From the NCBI GenBank assembly GCA_000708835.1, contig DF237581.1, forward strand, positions 1 to 49,231: a DNA stretch of 49,231 nucleotides, in the 5' to 3' direction. This document shows positions 24,501 through 36,395 of this stretch, in pieces. Numbering within the stretch: the first letter of the stretch is position 1; every line of letters begins with the position of its first letter. A model generated the notes under the pieces. The model saw only the letters and a list, made by a program, of their open reading frames with translations. It was not told the DNA's origin and did not search any database. The position numbers and the translations under genes were made by a program. The stretch is from Klebsormidium nitens (taxonomy: Eukaryota; Plantae; Klebsormidiophyceae).

Positions 24501-25075
24501 GGCTTCTCGGAGTGAAACTGTTTTCGGGCCGTTTTAGCTGGTGTTTCCTGTGGTCGAGAACCCCGCGGCGATCGTCCACGTCGGGTCGACATACACGTGG
24601 CACTAATGGGAAGCCACGTTTGTCTGTCAGGTGGCAGACGGGCGGCATCACGAGGTGCGCGAGCTGGCCAAGGCCGCTGACGTGGAGGTGGTTTCGCTGA
24701 AGCGGACGCGGATAGGGGGCCTCAGGCTACCACGCGACCTGCTGTAAGTGGATAGCCGACTTAGCCTATTGTCTCATCGTGGCAAGCACGAGCAGGCTGC
24801 TGCTACTTCGTCAATGGTGCTTTGTGAAGCACACACAGTTCCTCCAAACAATTCCATTGATGCCAGTCTGAGCCTTGATTGTATCCTGCAGACGCACTTT
24901 GGCATTAAGTCATCTCCTTAACGTTCCGGCCGTGGCCCTGACAGTCGTCTCATCTGCGATCTGCAGGCCTGGCCAGTACAAGCTGCTGTCACCTCGACAG
25001 ATCGCAAGCGTGCTAGATCAGTCCAGTGCGGTGAAGAGGCAGGCGCCTTTGAAGGCCGTCCCAATCTCGAGATAG
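21528..25075 (+). CDS. SVR1: Plastid rRNA pseudouridine synthase (RsuA/RluB family with S4 domain, SVR1-like), about 417 aa, 8 exons
   Basis: Exons 21528-21887, 22370-22496, 22949-23028, 23308-23478, 23869-24011, 24302-24452, 24631-24743 and 24967-25075 (1254 nt). Motifs: [29 protein letters not shown], the catalytic [25 protein letters not shown] and [12 protein letters not shown]. Transit-peptide-like N-terminus. Confidence 0.93.
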
Positions 25076-26005
25076 GTCAAATGGCATCAGGTTGAAAAGA
25101 TGCACCTTAATTGGGTGCCGTTGCTAAAGACAGGTGATGAGGTGAATTACAAAGAGCATAGCTGTCAGGGAATGAGAGAGATCAAATAGGAGCTTGTATC
25201 AGAAGTATGTGCAGGCGCTGCGTTTCATTCGACGTGACGAGTTAGTGGTTACTACAATCAAGTGCTGACTGTCGGGCACAGTGCTTTAAATCAGGCCTCT
25301 TTCGTCTTTATTTGTGCTTGTGTCTTAGTATACTTTGTGCACATAGATGGTTGAACATCAAAAGCACTGTTCCACATGATGCCACTGTGCAGCTAGAGAC
25401 TGCAATGCTGCATTGGAGGTTGCCGTCCATGCGCATGGCCGTCACAGCGGGCATGCCATGTAAAGCAAGCGACCACCACCATCTAGCTTTGTGGAAGTCT
25501 GCAACTTATAAGGCCCCAGCCATGACGGTTAGGTGCATATCACACCAGGTGCAGAATTAATTTCTGGTTCAGTGTTGATCCTTAAAAGCACGCGCAAATT
25601 TCTAGCTGGCCAGATCTGCATGCCGCGGCCTATTCTGCGCATATATTATCGACCATATGAACGTGAACTCAAAGCTCAATTAACGGACAAGCGGCGTTCA
25701 TTGATCTAGCTGCACCATTATATGCGCATTTTTGATTGACTCTGTCCACTAGCTTACCATAGTCTCTTGCATTAATTGGGGAAATTCTCACTTGCGCACT
25801 ATCTTTCAGTAACTTTTAGCAAAATTCTGGTGCATTGATAAAACGATTGGTAAGACGCTAATTCCTGCAACCTCACTATATGATACAGCTTGTTTATATA
25901 CTCTACATTGAACCATGCACTGATTTGCCTGTTTGCCTGTTTACAAACGAGACAACTCGTGTCTGCCCCGTCGTGTCACCTCTGTGGTCAGCTACGGACG
26001 CTCAC

Positions 26006-27113
26006 CTATAGTTTTGACCTTGAAACAAGAACGCCATCCCCGTCAGCATAAACAAACTCGCCAGGTCTGATTATTGTGCCACCAAATGAAACGGCAACAT
26101 CCTTGTCACCTGCACCTCTTTTCAAGCTCTTGCGCGGGTGTGTTCCAAGAGCCCGCACACCAATCTGCATGAAAGTGCGACTTATAAGTGTGCTGAAGCG
26201 AACAGAGATTGCTGGAAAAACATTCAAAGTTGTGCTACCTGGATGTTGTATCTGCGGCAGCCTCTCTGTTCTGCATCAATGTGGTGAAACCAATAACCTT
26301 CACAGTCAGCTGAAGAGAAACCTCTGTGATGGTGCTGAGAACATTTCTTACTAGAAGTGTGAAGAGGGTGGATGTTCGTACCTTGCACTCAGCAATCTCG
26401 TCAACGTCACGGATGCAGCCAAAAACAATGATGCCTGACCACTTGTTCTTTTCCGCAAGCTGGCCCAGGTTGCCACCAAGCAAGGCACAGCGCGTTGAGC
26501 CACCACCATCAACAACCTGGAAGTCCACACGTTATAGGAATTCTTTGATGTACCTCTACCCAATCATAAGGGGGTTCACCAAGACGCTCTAAGCACTGCA
26601 TTCCTCCAGCATAATGGTACTACATCGAGCACCTTTTCCAGGCTAGGAGTTAGAAAAGCTTTGGACTAGGATTCAAAGCGGTTCTGCTCTTGACCACTGT
26701 TCCTGTCTAATGCAATGATGTCTACAGGTGTCTTTTGACAGTCGATTGTCCTCACCAGAACTCTGCCTTCACCAGGCTGTTCCAGCGCCTCCCGAACTAG
26801 AGAGTTGTCTTCAAATACCTGCAAATTTCAAAAGAAGAGGGAACTTGAGGAGCTTGCTCCAATCTGCTGTGGAAAGAGGCGGATTTTTGAAGATCAGGAA
26901 CTTAAGCAATCTGGTAATCCTTGAGAAGAAAGAAGAAACATGTTGCAGTACCTTCAATGTTGCGCTTGGACCTGCAAAGGACCTCAACATGCCGTAAGGT
27001 TGGAGCAACCCTGGAGGAGACAGCACCCTCAGATCGCCTGCTTGCAGCTTCTCCTCATGCGCATCGCACAAATCTGTGGTGGCGACGCTTGGGGAGGTTT
27101 CCTTGAGAGCCAT
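26006..27113 (-). CDS. RraA-like protein / 4-hydroxy-4-methyl-2-oxoglutarate (HMG) aldolase, 172 aa, 4 coding exons
   Basis: Exons 26952-27113, 26756-26818, 26382-26516 and 26006-26164 (519 nt). Motifs: [45 protein letters not shown] and [10 protein letters not shown]. Confidence 0.93.
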
Positions 27114-28137
27114 TTGTCTGCAGCATAAGGACAGCAAAATAACGTCCCACTTTCAAAAGAGGTTCCACCACCCAGGGTTGAACCACATGCAAACTGCAGT
27201 GACTATCGTCTGTATCGTCTCCTCGCCCCCTCCGGCGCCCCACTTCAGCTGGCTGAGCTAGCTGCAAATTGCAATGCCAACGCCATTGATTGGCATGATG
27301 GCGCAACTTGAAGTTGAACGTTCAAGGACTGGCTGTGCCAAGTCAGCACCAAATTAGGGTTTGCAAGAAGGTGGTCCACCTGCATGGTGGTGAGTCCCTG
27401 TTGCTGCATTAATTTCAAAAAATTTAGCGGTCGAATAGAAGAACCGACCACAATGCCGGGCGCAAGTCCCAAGTTGTTTATAATATCAAGCCGGTCAGGT
27501 CAAGCGAACCGGTGACGGGTTGACCACGGCCCCATCATAAATTTCGCCGTGGACCGTCGGCGTCATGCAGGGCAAGCGTCAGCATTCCAGCCGCCAGCAT
27601 CATGCAGAGATCAGCCACTGGATTTGCGGTCCATGGCTTCCAAGTTTTCAATGGCGCTCAAGGCGCATTCAGATTTTCAGACCTCAATCTCTCTCTCTTT
27701 TTCTATCTCGTCCGTAGAAATGATGCATTGCTAGAACAGGCTCAATGAAGGATGCGCCTTTTACCTTCTCTACTAGAGGGAGTAGCCGGTATCTGATTCC
27801 TTAGGGACTCAGGTTTTATTGACTTTGTGTCTCGCGGATCATCCTGATGCTGCTAAAGCTCCTTCTGCGCTACTCCTTATCAGCGGGATGCAATAGTAAT
27901 GTATGGTGCTTCCGTTGGATAGTTGAGTGCCAATTTGGTCAGGATGCACACTTAGGGTTATGCAGTGCCCTGTGAGAGAGTACTTTGACATGACCCTAAG
28001 AAAAGCTGACGAGCAATTAGGTCAGCGTCTGCTTTGTTGCTAGAAACTCAGGAAATCATTTAGCAGATTACCAACCTGCAGACAAGTTACCAGTGGTAAT
28101 CAGTTACCAGTGGTATCTCACAGCTCTGGACCTGGAG

Positions 28138-31100
28138 ATGGAGGAGAGGAGGGAGAGCCATGCAGGAAGTAGCACAAGTGGGAAGGCAGGGCTTGGATTT
28201 GGTCACTTCTCTAGTCGGCACAACCATGCCCCCAGCACGAGTCCATCGGGCAGTCCCTACCGACCTGTGCCTGGGCAGGCGCGGCGCTTTGCCAAGAACA
28301 GCAGTAGAAAGGAAAGTCCCTTCACAGGGGAACTGGTGGACGGAGTGCCCCCTGCTGGTTGGAAGGAGCGCATCGGGGACCGAGTCTATGAAGCGAATTT
28401 TGGGAATGGCCTCAATGAGACAAAGTCTGTGACAGTAGAAAACGGGCATTTGGTGAGAGTGAGCTCCACGAGCAGGGTCATGGTAAGCTCAACAAGCAGC
28501 ACCGTCAGGATTGACCAGACAACGCTGGTGCAATTAAATCGACGGCCAGGTCTGGCGGACGAGCGCTTCTCAGAAGATGAGGAGCAAGGGGGGCGCCTGC
28601 AGAATGGATCTGCATCTCAGGCCACTTTCGCCCCCCTCGCAGAGTTGTCGGAACTGGTGCCGCGCAGCCAGTCCCTGCCGGTAGAACGGTCCAAATGGGA
28701 AGACCCGGGGTCGCCACCCTTGCGGCAGCCTCTGGACAGATTTGGATTCTTCACGCCCCCCGCCAGTGAGCAGGTGGAGGCGGCAACCGACGGGAAGAAA
28801 GTGGAGAAGAAAGAGAAGACAGAGCGAGAGAGGTGAGAGCACTGCTTGAGTGGAGCACTTTGCTTCTGAAGGAAGCTATAAAGTGTTTCAGCATGCTTCA
28901 GCATTAAGCATTGAACCACCTTCTTTGATAATCAACTGCTGAGGACTGCTGACGAATGGCGAAGGTGCAGGACGGGACGTGTGACCAAGGGGACCAGGTA
29001 GATTCAAAGGGGCATGGACAACTGGATTCACCTCAGCTCTCTGTCTTATCCAGCGACTTTTTATTCAGATCAAAGTGCACTGCTTGGAATCATCAGCTTC
29101 CGGTGAAGTGTTCCAATTTCGACCAGTCAACCCACATTGGCTCCGCTTTGTGATGAGCTGCAACCTTTCTCTGATGCTTTATCCTCACGCTCCCATTCAT
29201 TGTGTAGGGATGAGAGGCGATTACGGAAGTGGCGCAAGATGATTGGGGCAGGGGGCATGGAGTGGAAGCATTACTGCAAAAAGAAGCCGCTTGTAGTGAA
29301 AAGACGGATAAGGAAGGGGATCCCCGACTGCTTACGGGGCCTGGTCTGGCAGCTCGTCTCCGGGAGCCGAGATCTTCTGCTGCAGAATCCAGGAGTTTAC
29401 GAGGTGAGCCCGATTCCAGTGCCCTTCTTTGACCTACACCAGAACTGCCACTGTAGAAATGTTGATTGCTCAGGTGAAAGAGAACAAGAGCTCGGGTTTC
29501 TAACTACTTTCAATGCAAGCAACCACTTCCAATTCCTTGCTCGATACCTGATCCTATAAGTGCTTTGCTCGATATTTGATCTCATAAGTGCTTGGTTCTG
29601 TACCCTTGATTCTGTACTTACTTGTTTCTTAGGAGTGATGCGAATCTGCTGTCTGCAGCAATTGGTATTTTATGAGACGAGCCTAAGCGAGCTTGACATC
29701 ATCCGCGACATCAGCCGCACCTTCCCGAGCCATGTGTTTTACTCTCAACGACATGGGCCAGGCCAGCGCAGCCTGTACAACGTGCTCAAGGCATACTCCG
29801 TCTATGACAAAGAGGCAAGCCACGCCGATTCTAGCCGTATGCCAGTCTTCTTCAATTGGCCACCTGAATCTCGCCCGATGCAAACAAACACTTCAAGCAT
29901 GTATGGTTCAGAAGGCTGACCTGCGGGGCTGTCTGAGCCAACTGATCCAGAACGTTCTGATGGTACCGCATCAGCTTACTCGGCTACTTGGTCTGAAGGT
30001 TCTTTGGAGGACTCTGAGGTAGTTGGTGTAGTTACTGCCAGGCGCGCGCTGTTTGGAATGTGCCTTACTGGTTTTCAAATGGCACACTCTGTTTCGTCTC
30101 CAGGTCGGTTACGTTCAGGGTATGGGGTTCTTGGCGGGGCTGCTCCTCTTATACATGGGCGAGGAGGACGCCTTCTGGCTGCTGGTGGCGCTGCTCAAAG
30201 GCGCCGTTCATGCCCCAATGGAAGGCCTATTCCTGGTAAGGCGCTTCTTCTGAGGTCGACCTGACACTCTGAGGGTAGCTCGCTAGGCAATTTGCATTCG
30301 TCCCACCCACCTTGACTGACGTGCGCGTATACGTGTGCCTGAGTGTGAAGTTTTGGGTTCAACAAATTTGCATTGCGCGGCACTCTTGCTCGAGCAGGGT
30401 CGATGGGCTATCAGCGGGGAAGGGGGATGTGGTGGACCATCAGTTTAACACCATTTGAAGACTTCGGTTCCTTTCTCGTCGCGACTCAAGGTCGTCATCA
30501 ACCACTTGTCGACCTTTGCCTTTAACATGATCTCCGTTGAACCCTGTTTGAAGTCGAGTCCGTGGCAGGGGCCGTGACCTGCCATTTGTAACTAGAATCC
30601 TGCACTTGCTCAATATACGCTTCAAAACGATAGCACGGGTGTCCTTTTGCCTCCCCTCCTCTTTATTTTGGTCTCGAATGACAAGTGGCGAGTCATATCT
30701 GCTCGAAGCCACATGCCCCTGGGTAATACCCCAGTCGAGTAGCAATCCACTTTTCCATACCGGACTGTGCTGCTCTTTTTCACAAATTCGAGGTGCGTGC
30801 GTCTGCGTGCAGGTGGGCCTGCCGCTGGTGCAGCAGTACCTGTTTCAGTTTGAGCGGCTGGTCCAGGAGCTGTTCCCGCGCCTGGGCGCGCACTTCGAGG
30901 AGGAGTGCATCAACCCGTCCATGTACGCGTCGCAGTGGTTCATCACCGTCTTCTCCTACTCCTTCCCCTTCTCCCTCGCGCTGCGCATCTGGGACGTCTT
31001 TCTCAGCGAGGGCATGAAGGTGAGCGCGCCCTGCTGATCAGAAGCATGGTCGGTTGGTCCGACTGGCTGGGTCAGTCGAGAGCAGAAAGGGAAGGCTTCG

Positions 31101-32158
31101 GTGCGCAGTCTTCAAAGTGCATGCGCCGTAGCTTCCTTGGCGGGGCCCAAGCGCAGGGTCGGGACTGCCGAGACGCAGAGGCATCGCACCTTTAGGACAG
31201 CATAAAAACAGTTTTTAAGACCTTTACGTTGCTGATATTGCGATCGAAGTATGATCGCACTTTGCCCGAGGCCTGAGACCTGAGATCGGTCCGTCAGTTT
31301 AGACCAGCGTGACACAGCGCCCTTTCGGGCTGACGCCCTGTGTTACTGCCGCAGGTTGTGTTTCGCGTTGGGCTGGCCCTGCTGAAGCAGTGCCACGACG
31401 ACCTTCTGAAAATGCCGTTTGAGAAGCTCGTCCACGCGCTGCGCAACTTCCCCGACGAACTGCTCGACCCCGACACGCTCCTGCCCATTGCCTACAGCAT
31501 CAAGGTGCGCCGTTCTTGTCAAGCGAGAGTTTTTCGCTACGAGGAATTCTTGCGTCCCTGCCAGAAGTTTTAAGTTCTTGAGCGTCTGTTGGGGCCAAAT
31601 AGGCTCTTCTGTGAGGCGCTAGCAACCAGGCATTGTTTGGGTCTTTGCCTGTTCTGCCCCGCTTTGCGTCAAGGACCCTTCTTCGCCATTCGTCCCCCCT
31701 CCTACTTTGCTTCATAGGGTATAACAAAAATCCCAGTCTTGCACGTCGGATCAGGTCAGATTGACCAGTTCTGCGACTGTGTCTGATCTGAAAGCGCACT
31801 CTCAAATGAAGTAACGCTCGTCTCAAAGTACCTTCCGTGAAAGTCGAGCCTAATTCTCTCTTGTCCTCTTCTGGCTGTTTGAGTGATTGTGTATGATGTT
31901 GGCCTTTTCAGCATCTTCGTCAAAGGTCGTTCAGTGCTTTTTGGTGCTCTTCTCTGCCAGGTGTCCGCTCGATTGGCGCAGCTAAAGGAGGAGTACGACA
32001 AGCTTCACAATCCGCAGTCGTCTGCCCTGCCAGAACCGGTAAACGAGAGCAGGGCAACGGGTAACAGCACTCGGGACCTTGTCCGTCGTGACAGCAAGGA
32101 TGGAAGTATAAAATCCGGAAGCAATCGGTCAAAATCGTCAGATTCGCTTGGGGAATAA
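28138..32158 (+). CDS. TBC-domain Rab GTPase-activating protein, about 577 aa, 7 exons
   Basis: Exons 28138-28832, 29208-29403, 29659-29814, 30104-30235, 30813-31019, 31355-31504 and 31961-32158 (1734 nt). Motifs: RIRKGIPDCLRGLVWQ, the Arg finger IIRDISRTFP, the Gln finger VGYVQGMGF, and MYASQWFITVF..LRIWDVFL. Intron 3 is GC-AG. The start codon is inferred. Confidence 0.93.
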
Positions 32159-32928
32159 AGAAATCGGTCTGCGTTGAAACGTCTTGTTTCTCATCAAGCT
32201 TGCCCCTCCCTCCTAATGATTCGACTGACAAGAGGTGGTAGAGTGAAGCGGACTGACAGTCTTAGGTACTCACCAAAAAATTTGCGAATATTTCGAATTG
32301 ATGTTGTCGGCTCCTTTTCTGCATCCTGTGAAGCAGCTTCAGTGTGCATCACGTCGCGCAAGTTACAAGCGTCAACCCGGAGTTTGAGTCCGCGACGGTC
32401 ATGTTATAATACCTGCAAGTATGATTGGTGTACCTATATGGATAGCTAGTGACTAGGTTATTTGGAAAAAGTGCATTAAGTCGAACATGTATGTGGCTGC
32501 GTCCAAAAGAAAGACAAGTCAAACATGTGCATGAGTATATGTGACGGGGGCGCTGCGAAAGAAGCAGATTCATTGATGAGGACATGTCAAGCGAACTTTG
32601 ATGCAAGCGTCTATTAGGTCGCGCACTCGCCTCAAGATACAATATGCCGCCGTGCATGCCATTCGTCGATGCTATCTGCCCATTGCTTATGGGGTAAACT
32701 TCGACGTTTTTTTGCAATGCCCTTAGCCGCCATCAACGTGTGGATCAGCGCGGTCGCCGGCGCGAAGTCGTTGAATCAATCCGAGAGCAGGAAATCATCC
32801 CGAAATCATATCTACACCTTCTGTAGCCCTACAATATGGCAATGAAGAGACCAACAACAAAGGAGCGGCCTCCAGCTCGAACAAACAAAGAAAACGTTTG
32901 GGTATCACCGACTATAAGGACTGGCTTG

Positions 32929-32952
32929 GCGCATGGTCACATGACCATGCGC
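32929..32952. other. Perfect 11-bp inverted repeat (hairpin) between the convergent TBC and VIPP 3' ends
   Basis: GCGCATGGTCA-CA-TGACCATGCGC. Confidence 0.55.
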
Positions 32953-33247
32953 ATATATATGTACACAAACGAGCCATCATATAATCTAGTAGCCTTATGA
33001 GTACTAAAGGTCGCGCAGTCCAAAGCCTACATCAGCGGAGGCCCCCCGCCAGCTGGTCGGAGCACCGCAGATAAGCGGCTCTGGCCAGGCCGGCATGGCC
33101 GCAGAGCTGCTATACTGCTTACAACAAAGAGGAACCCCAGTTCCACCTTGTCCGTTGTTGGACAGCTATAGCTAACCTACATTATGAAACAAACAAAGGC
33201 CAGGCTGCTCAAAAGCCCACACCCCAACCCCGGCCGTGGCCCTTGTG

Positions 33248-35391
33248 TCATTGCGCGGTCATCTGACCCCTCAGCTCGGCCAGCTCCCGCTCCACCCGGG
33301 GGTCCACGTACTCCTTCCAGAACACACTCTTCCCCCCCGTTTCCGCGGCCTTTGGGGCCGGCAGCGCGCGCGCGCCCCGCATCTCGTCCCGCAGCTGCTG
33401 CAGGTCATCTTCGACGGCGGAATCGGACTCGAGCGCAGCGAACTTGGCGTCCATGTCGCTGGTAACTAGATCGGACAGCGCATCCGCCTTGGCCTCCGCG
33501 CGCAGCACGTCCTCCTCCAGCTTGCCGAACGCGTAGATGGCCTTGCTCGTGTCGATCTGGCCCAGCATCTCCTGGATCTGCACGCACAGGAAGCGAATCA
33601 ATTTATCGCACTGACTTTGGAAGACGAAGTCGCCTCGCCAAGCTGCCCGCATAGGGTGTCCGCAACAAGAACCTCAAACTTTGACTTTGCATGGCATCTT
33701 ACTGTTTAAAAAGGCACCTCAGCTTGCGGGGCAGGCCAATAGGAAAGATCATGAGCTGCTCCAAAATCACTTCGGACACATCGACGAACAAGCGTGAGGC
33801 CTTCGCGTTCACATCGGCAGAACAAGCGACGTCTTGGGGTTGAACATGGAAAAATAAAGCCGCAAGCTTAGATGCGGACAGAGCTTGTGGATTGAGAAAG
33901 CTTGAGCATTATTTTCCCACGTACTTGACAGACCAAGTAATGCTGCTTCCCAGCCATAAGATCCTCTTTCAAACCAATCCAACTCCTTCTCATACGGCCC
34001 GCAGAAAAAGTGAACATACCGTCCCCTGCAGGCAATCCTCACCGACTGTGTGGCCTTGGCGGCCTCGGCCCGGTACTTGAGGGAGTCCTTCTTGGACTGC
34101 GCCTCCTTGATCTTGCCCTCCAGCAGCTTCGTGTTGGCCACCAGCTTGGTCGCAATTGCGCTCTGCTTGTCCAGCTGGTCCTTGAAGGCCCGTGCCTTGT
34201 CGTCCTCGATCTTGCGCATCTCCAGCGCGCGCCGCGCCAGGTCCTCCTCGCCCTTGGCCAACGCCAGCCGCGCGCGGTCGTACCACATACGCGCAACCTG
34301 GCTGGCGCCGTTGTACCTGGCGAAGAAGGGGCAGCCGCTTTAAAGACGCTACCAAGCAGAGAATGGTACAAAATATGCGACCGGTGAAAAGTTGACCGCA
34401 AAGAAAGGGCAAAGCGGTGGATTTGTCAGACGATGGTGGGTCGCTTCTCGCACGCTTCAACCGCGTCGCCGCGCGTCTTTCGAGCAAGTCTGATTTGTCT
34501 CCATGTCGAAGCTGTCAGACATTCAAAACTTAAATATTCCGCATCTGCACAGTACGTCCTGCTTTAGAAACAAGCTGCTTTTAATTAGATAGGGGGGGCA
34601 GACTTCACTTAACAAGAACCAGCTGCCGCAACAAGGTCCTTCCAAACGGGTTCCAAACATACAGCATCATTCCTAGCACAGTAGGGCGGACTGTAACCTG
34701 AGCCAATATACTTCGGAGCTCAAAGAAGCCATCACCCAATTGCGGGCAACATGTGATTGATGCACGAGACACGCGAAACACAATATTCAGCTGCTCACTT
34801 TTGCTCCAGCTGGCGCTGCGCCCCCACCACGGCCGCGGTAGCCTGCTTCACCTTGCCCAGGTCGTCCTCCATGTCAATCACCGCCTGGTCCAGCAGCTTG
34901 GCCGGGTCCTCCTGCGACTTGACCGCCCCCGTCACTGTGGAGACGAAAATCCTGTAGATGCGCGCAAACAAGTTGGCCTCTGCTGTCAGCGCGCCGCCCC
35001 GCCCAGCGGCCCCGCTTGAGGAATCAGAAGCAGACTGCTCTGCGAGCGCGGAAGCACTCCCTAGGAAGGACGACTTTGTGGATGTTGTCCCCCGGAGCCT
35101 TCTCCTTTGATAGTCCCCTCCAGCAAAAGCAGCTGCAGCATCGGAAGCCCTGCGCGGATCAACCAAATGACGAGCTGCCGAGCTCGTTTCTCTGTGTGAG
35201 GTGCGAACAATTGACGCAACACGGGTGAAGCGGTGGGCTTCAGAATTGCCGCTAAGCTGCAACACTGGTGCTAGATGGCTGCTGGCCTGAGCGTGTGCGC
35301 GGGTCCCTGCTGCGCAAGCTTGCCCCACCCCCACACCTACCGACAAGTTCCTAGCAGAAGCCGCCTGCATAAAGACCGCTGAAGAAGCCAT
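33248..35391 (-). CDS. VIPP1/IM30/PspA-family (ESCRT-III-like) plastid membrane protein, divergent paralogue, about 398 aa, 3 exons
   Basis: Exons 34799-35391, 34043-34316 and 33248-33577 (1197 nt). Motifs: NLFARIYRI, EDPAKLLDQAVIDM, WYDRARLALAKGEEDLARRAL, LLEGKIKEA, KFAALE..VEDDLQQL, plus the VIPP-specific C-terminal helix DPRVERELAELR. About 138 aa of N-terminal transit-like extension. Confidence 0.9.
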
Positions 35392-36395
35392 TGGCGCTGC
35401 CAAAATGTTACGGTCAGTAAGGAAGACCAAGCTGGGTTAGCTAAAATCCTGACGAGCTGATATTTGTGGGAGTGAATGCTGCGAAGGGGTGGTTCAATTG
35501 CGAAGGCCTGAAGGCAATTCCAGGATTGCTTCTGTTTGGTGGTTTGGGTCTTGGAAAGGGACTTCTTCTAGAAGCTTTGGGCCAAGACCTGTAAGAAATG
35601 CAGCTAGATAGAGCCTAGCTGCCCAGCTCATGCCAATGGGTGCGTACCCTGCTCAAAGTGTCGTACCTCGTGCTTGACGTCGGTCACTTTATCGGGCGCC
35701 ATGTGTAAAGTACAGAATCGACGGCCCCTGCTTACTCCAGGCGTGTGGCATGGTCATAAGTGCTCTTACTCATAGGCTGTACGGTCGGTACCGTGTATCT
35801 AGACCCCCTCCATCCAACCGTCAAATTTGTTTTTCATCCGACGGTAAAAGTTTGTATCTTGTCCAACTCTTACAGAGATATAATCGCACGATGATGCCCA
35901 TGCAGAACGGACGGTTCAAAACGACTGCAAGGTGCATTGAATGATGAATCGTATGACATGCGAACCCTAAAATTTAGCTGCATCCGAGCTGCCCTTCAGG
36001 CTTGAATGCTAGGTAGCTCGAGAGCGCGGCGTTTGTACGATTTCGTAAGGATCCTTGCTGCAAGTCTGTGTTTGTGTTGGTGGTGGTGCTCGCAGCTCGT
36101 TGGAAGAAAGGGCAGAATCATTCTGAGAATGAGACGTCAACAGAGTTGTCACATCGCATCACTCAAATCACATCACAAGGTGGACGTCCCTCAGGCATCT
36201 GTTGACATCATAGTCATGAGCAAGCTGGATGACGCAACGACCACCTCCTCTCGCTGCGTCTCTTTTTGGGCTAGCTGTTCGTGGAGAACGCGAGTTACTT
36301 CCACGCCCTGATGCCTCAATCATTTAGCAGACTCTGAAGCGCGTGTCAGCATTGCTGTCGGCCGGATCCTGGTTGTTGGATAAGGGATTGTTACA

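Noticed and set aside
32929-32990. Helitron 3' end (hairpin plus CTAG)
   Set aside because: The CTAG lies about 23 nt beyond the hairpin, further than the usual roughly 10-12 nt, and no matching 5' TC end at an A|T site could be supported.
5988-35391. Functional plastid gene cluster (CHLG, SVR1, VIPP-like)
   Set aside because: The genes are interspersed with unrelated trafficking and transport genes, and plastid-targeted genes are common in algal nuclear genomes.
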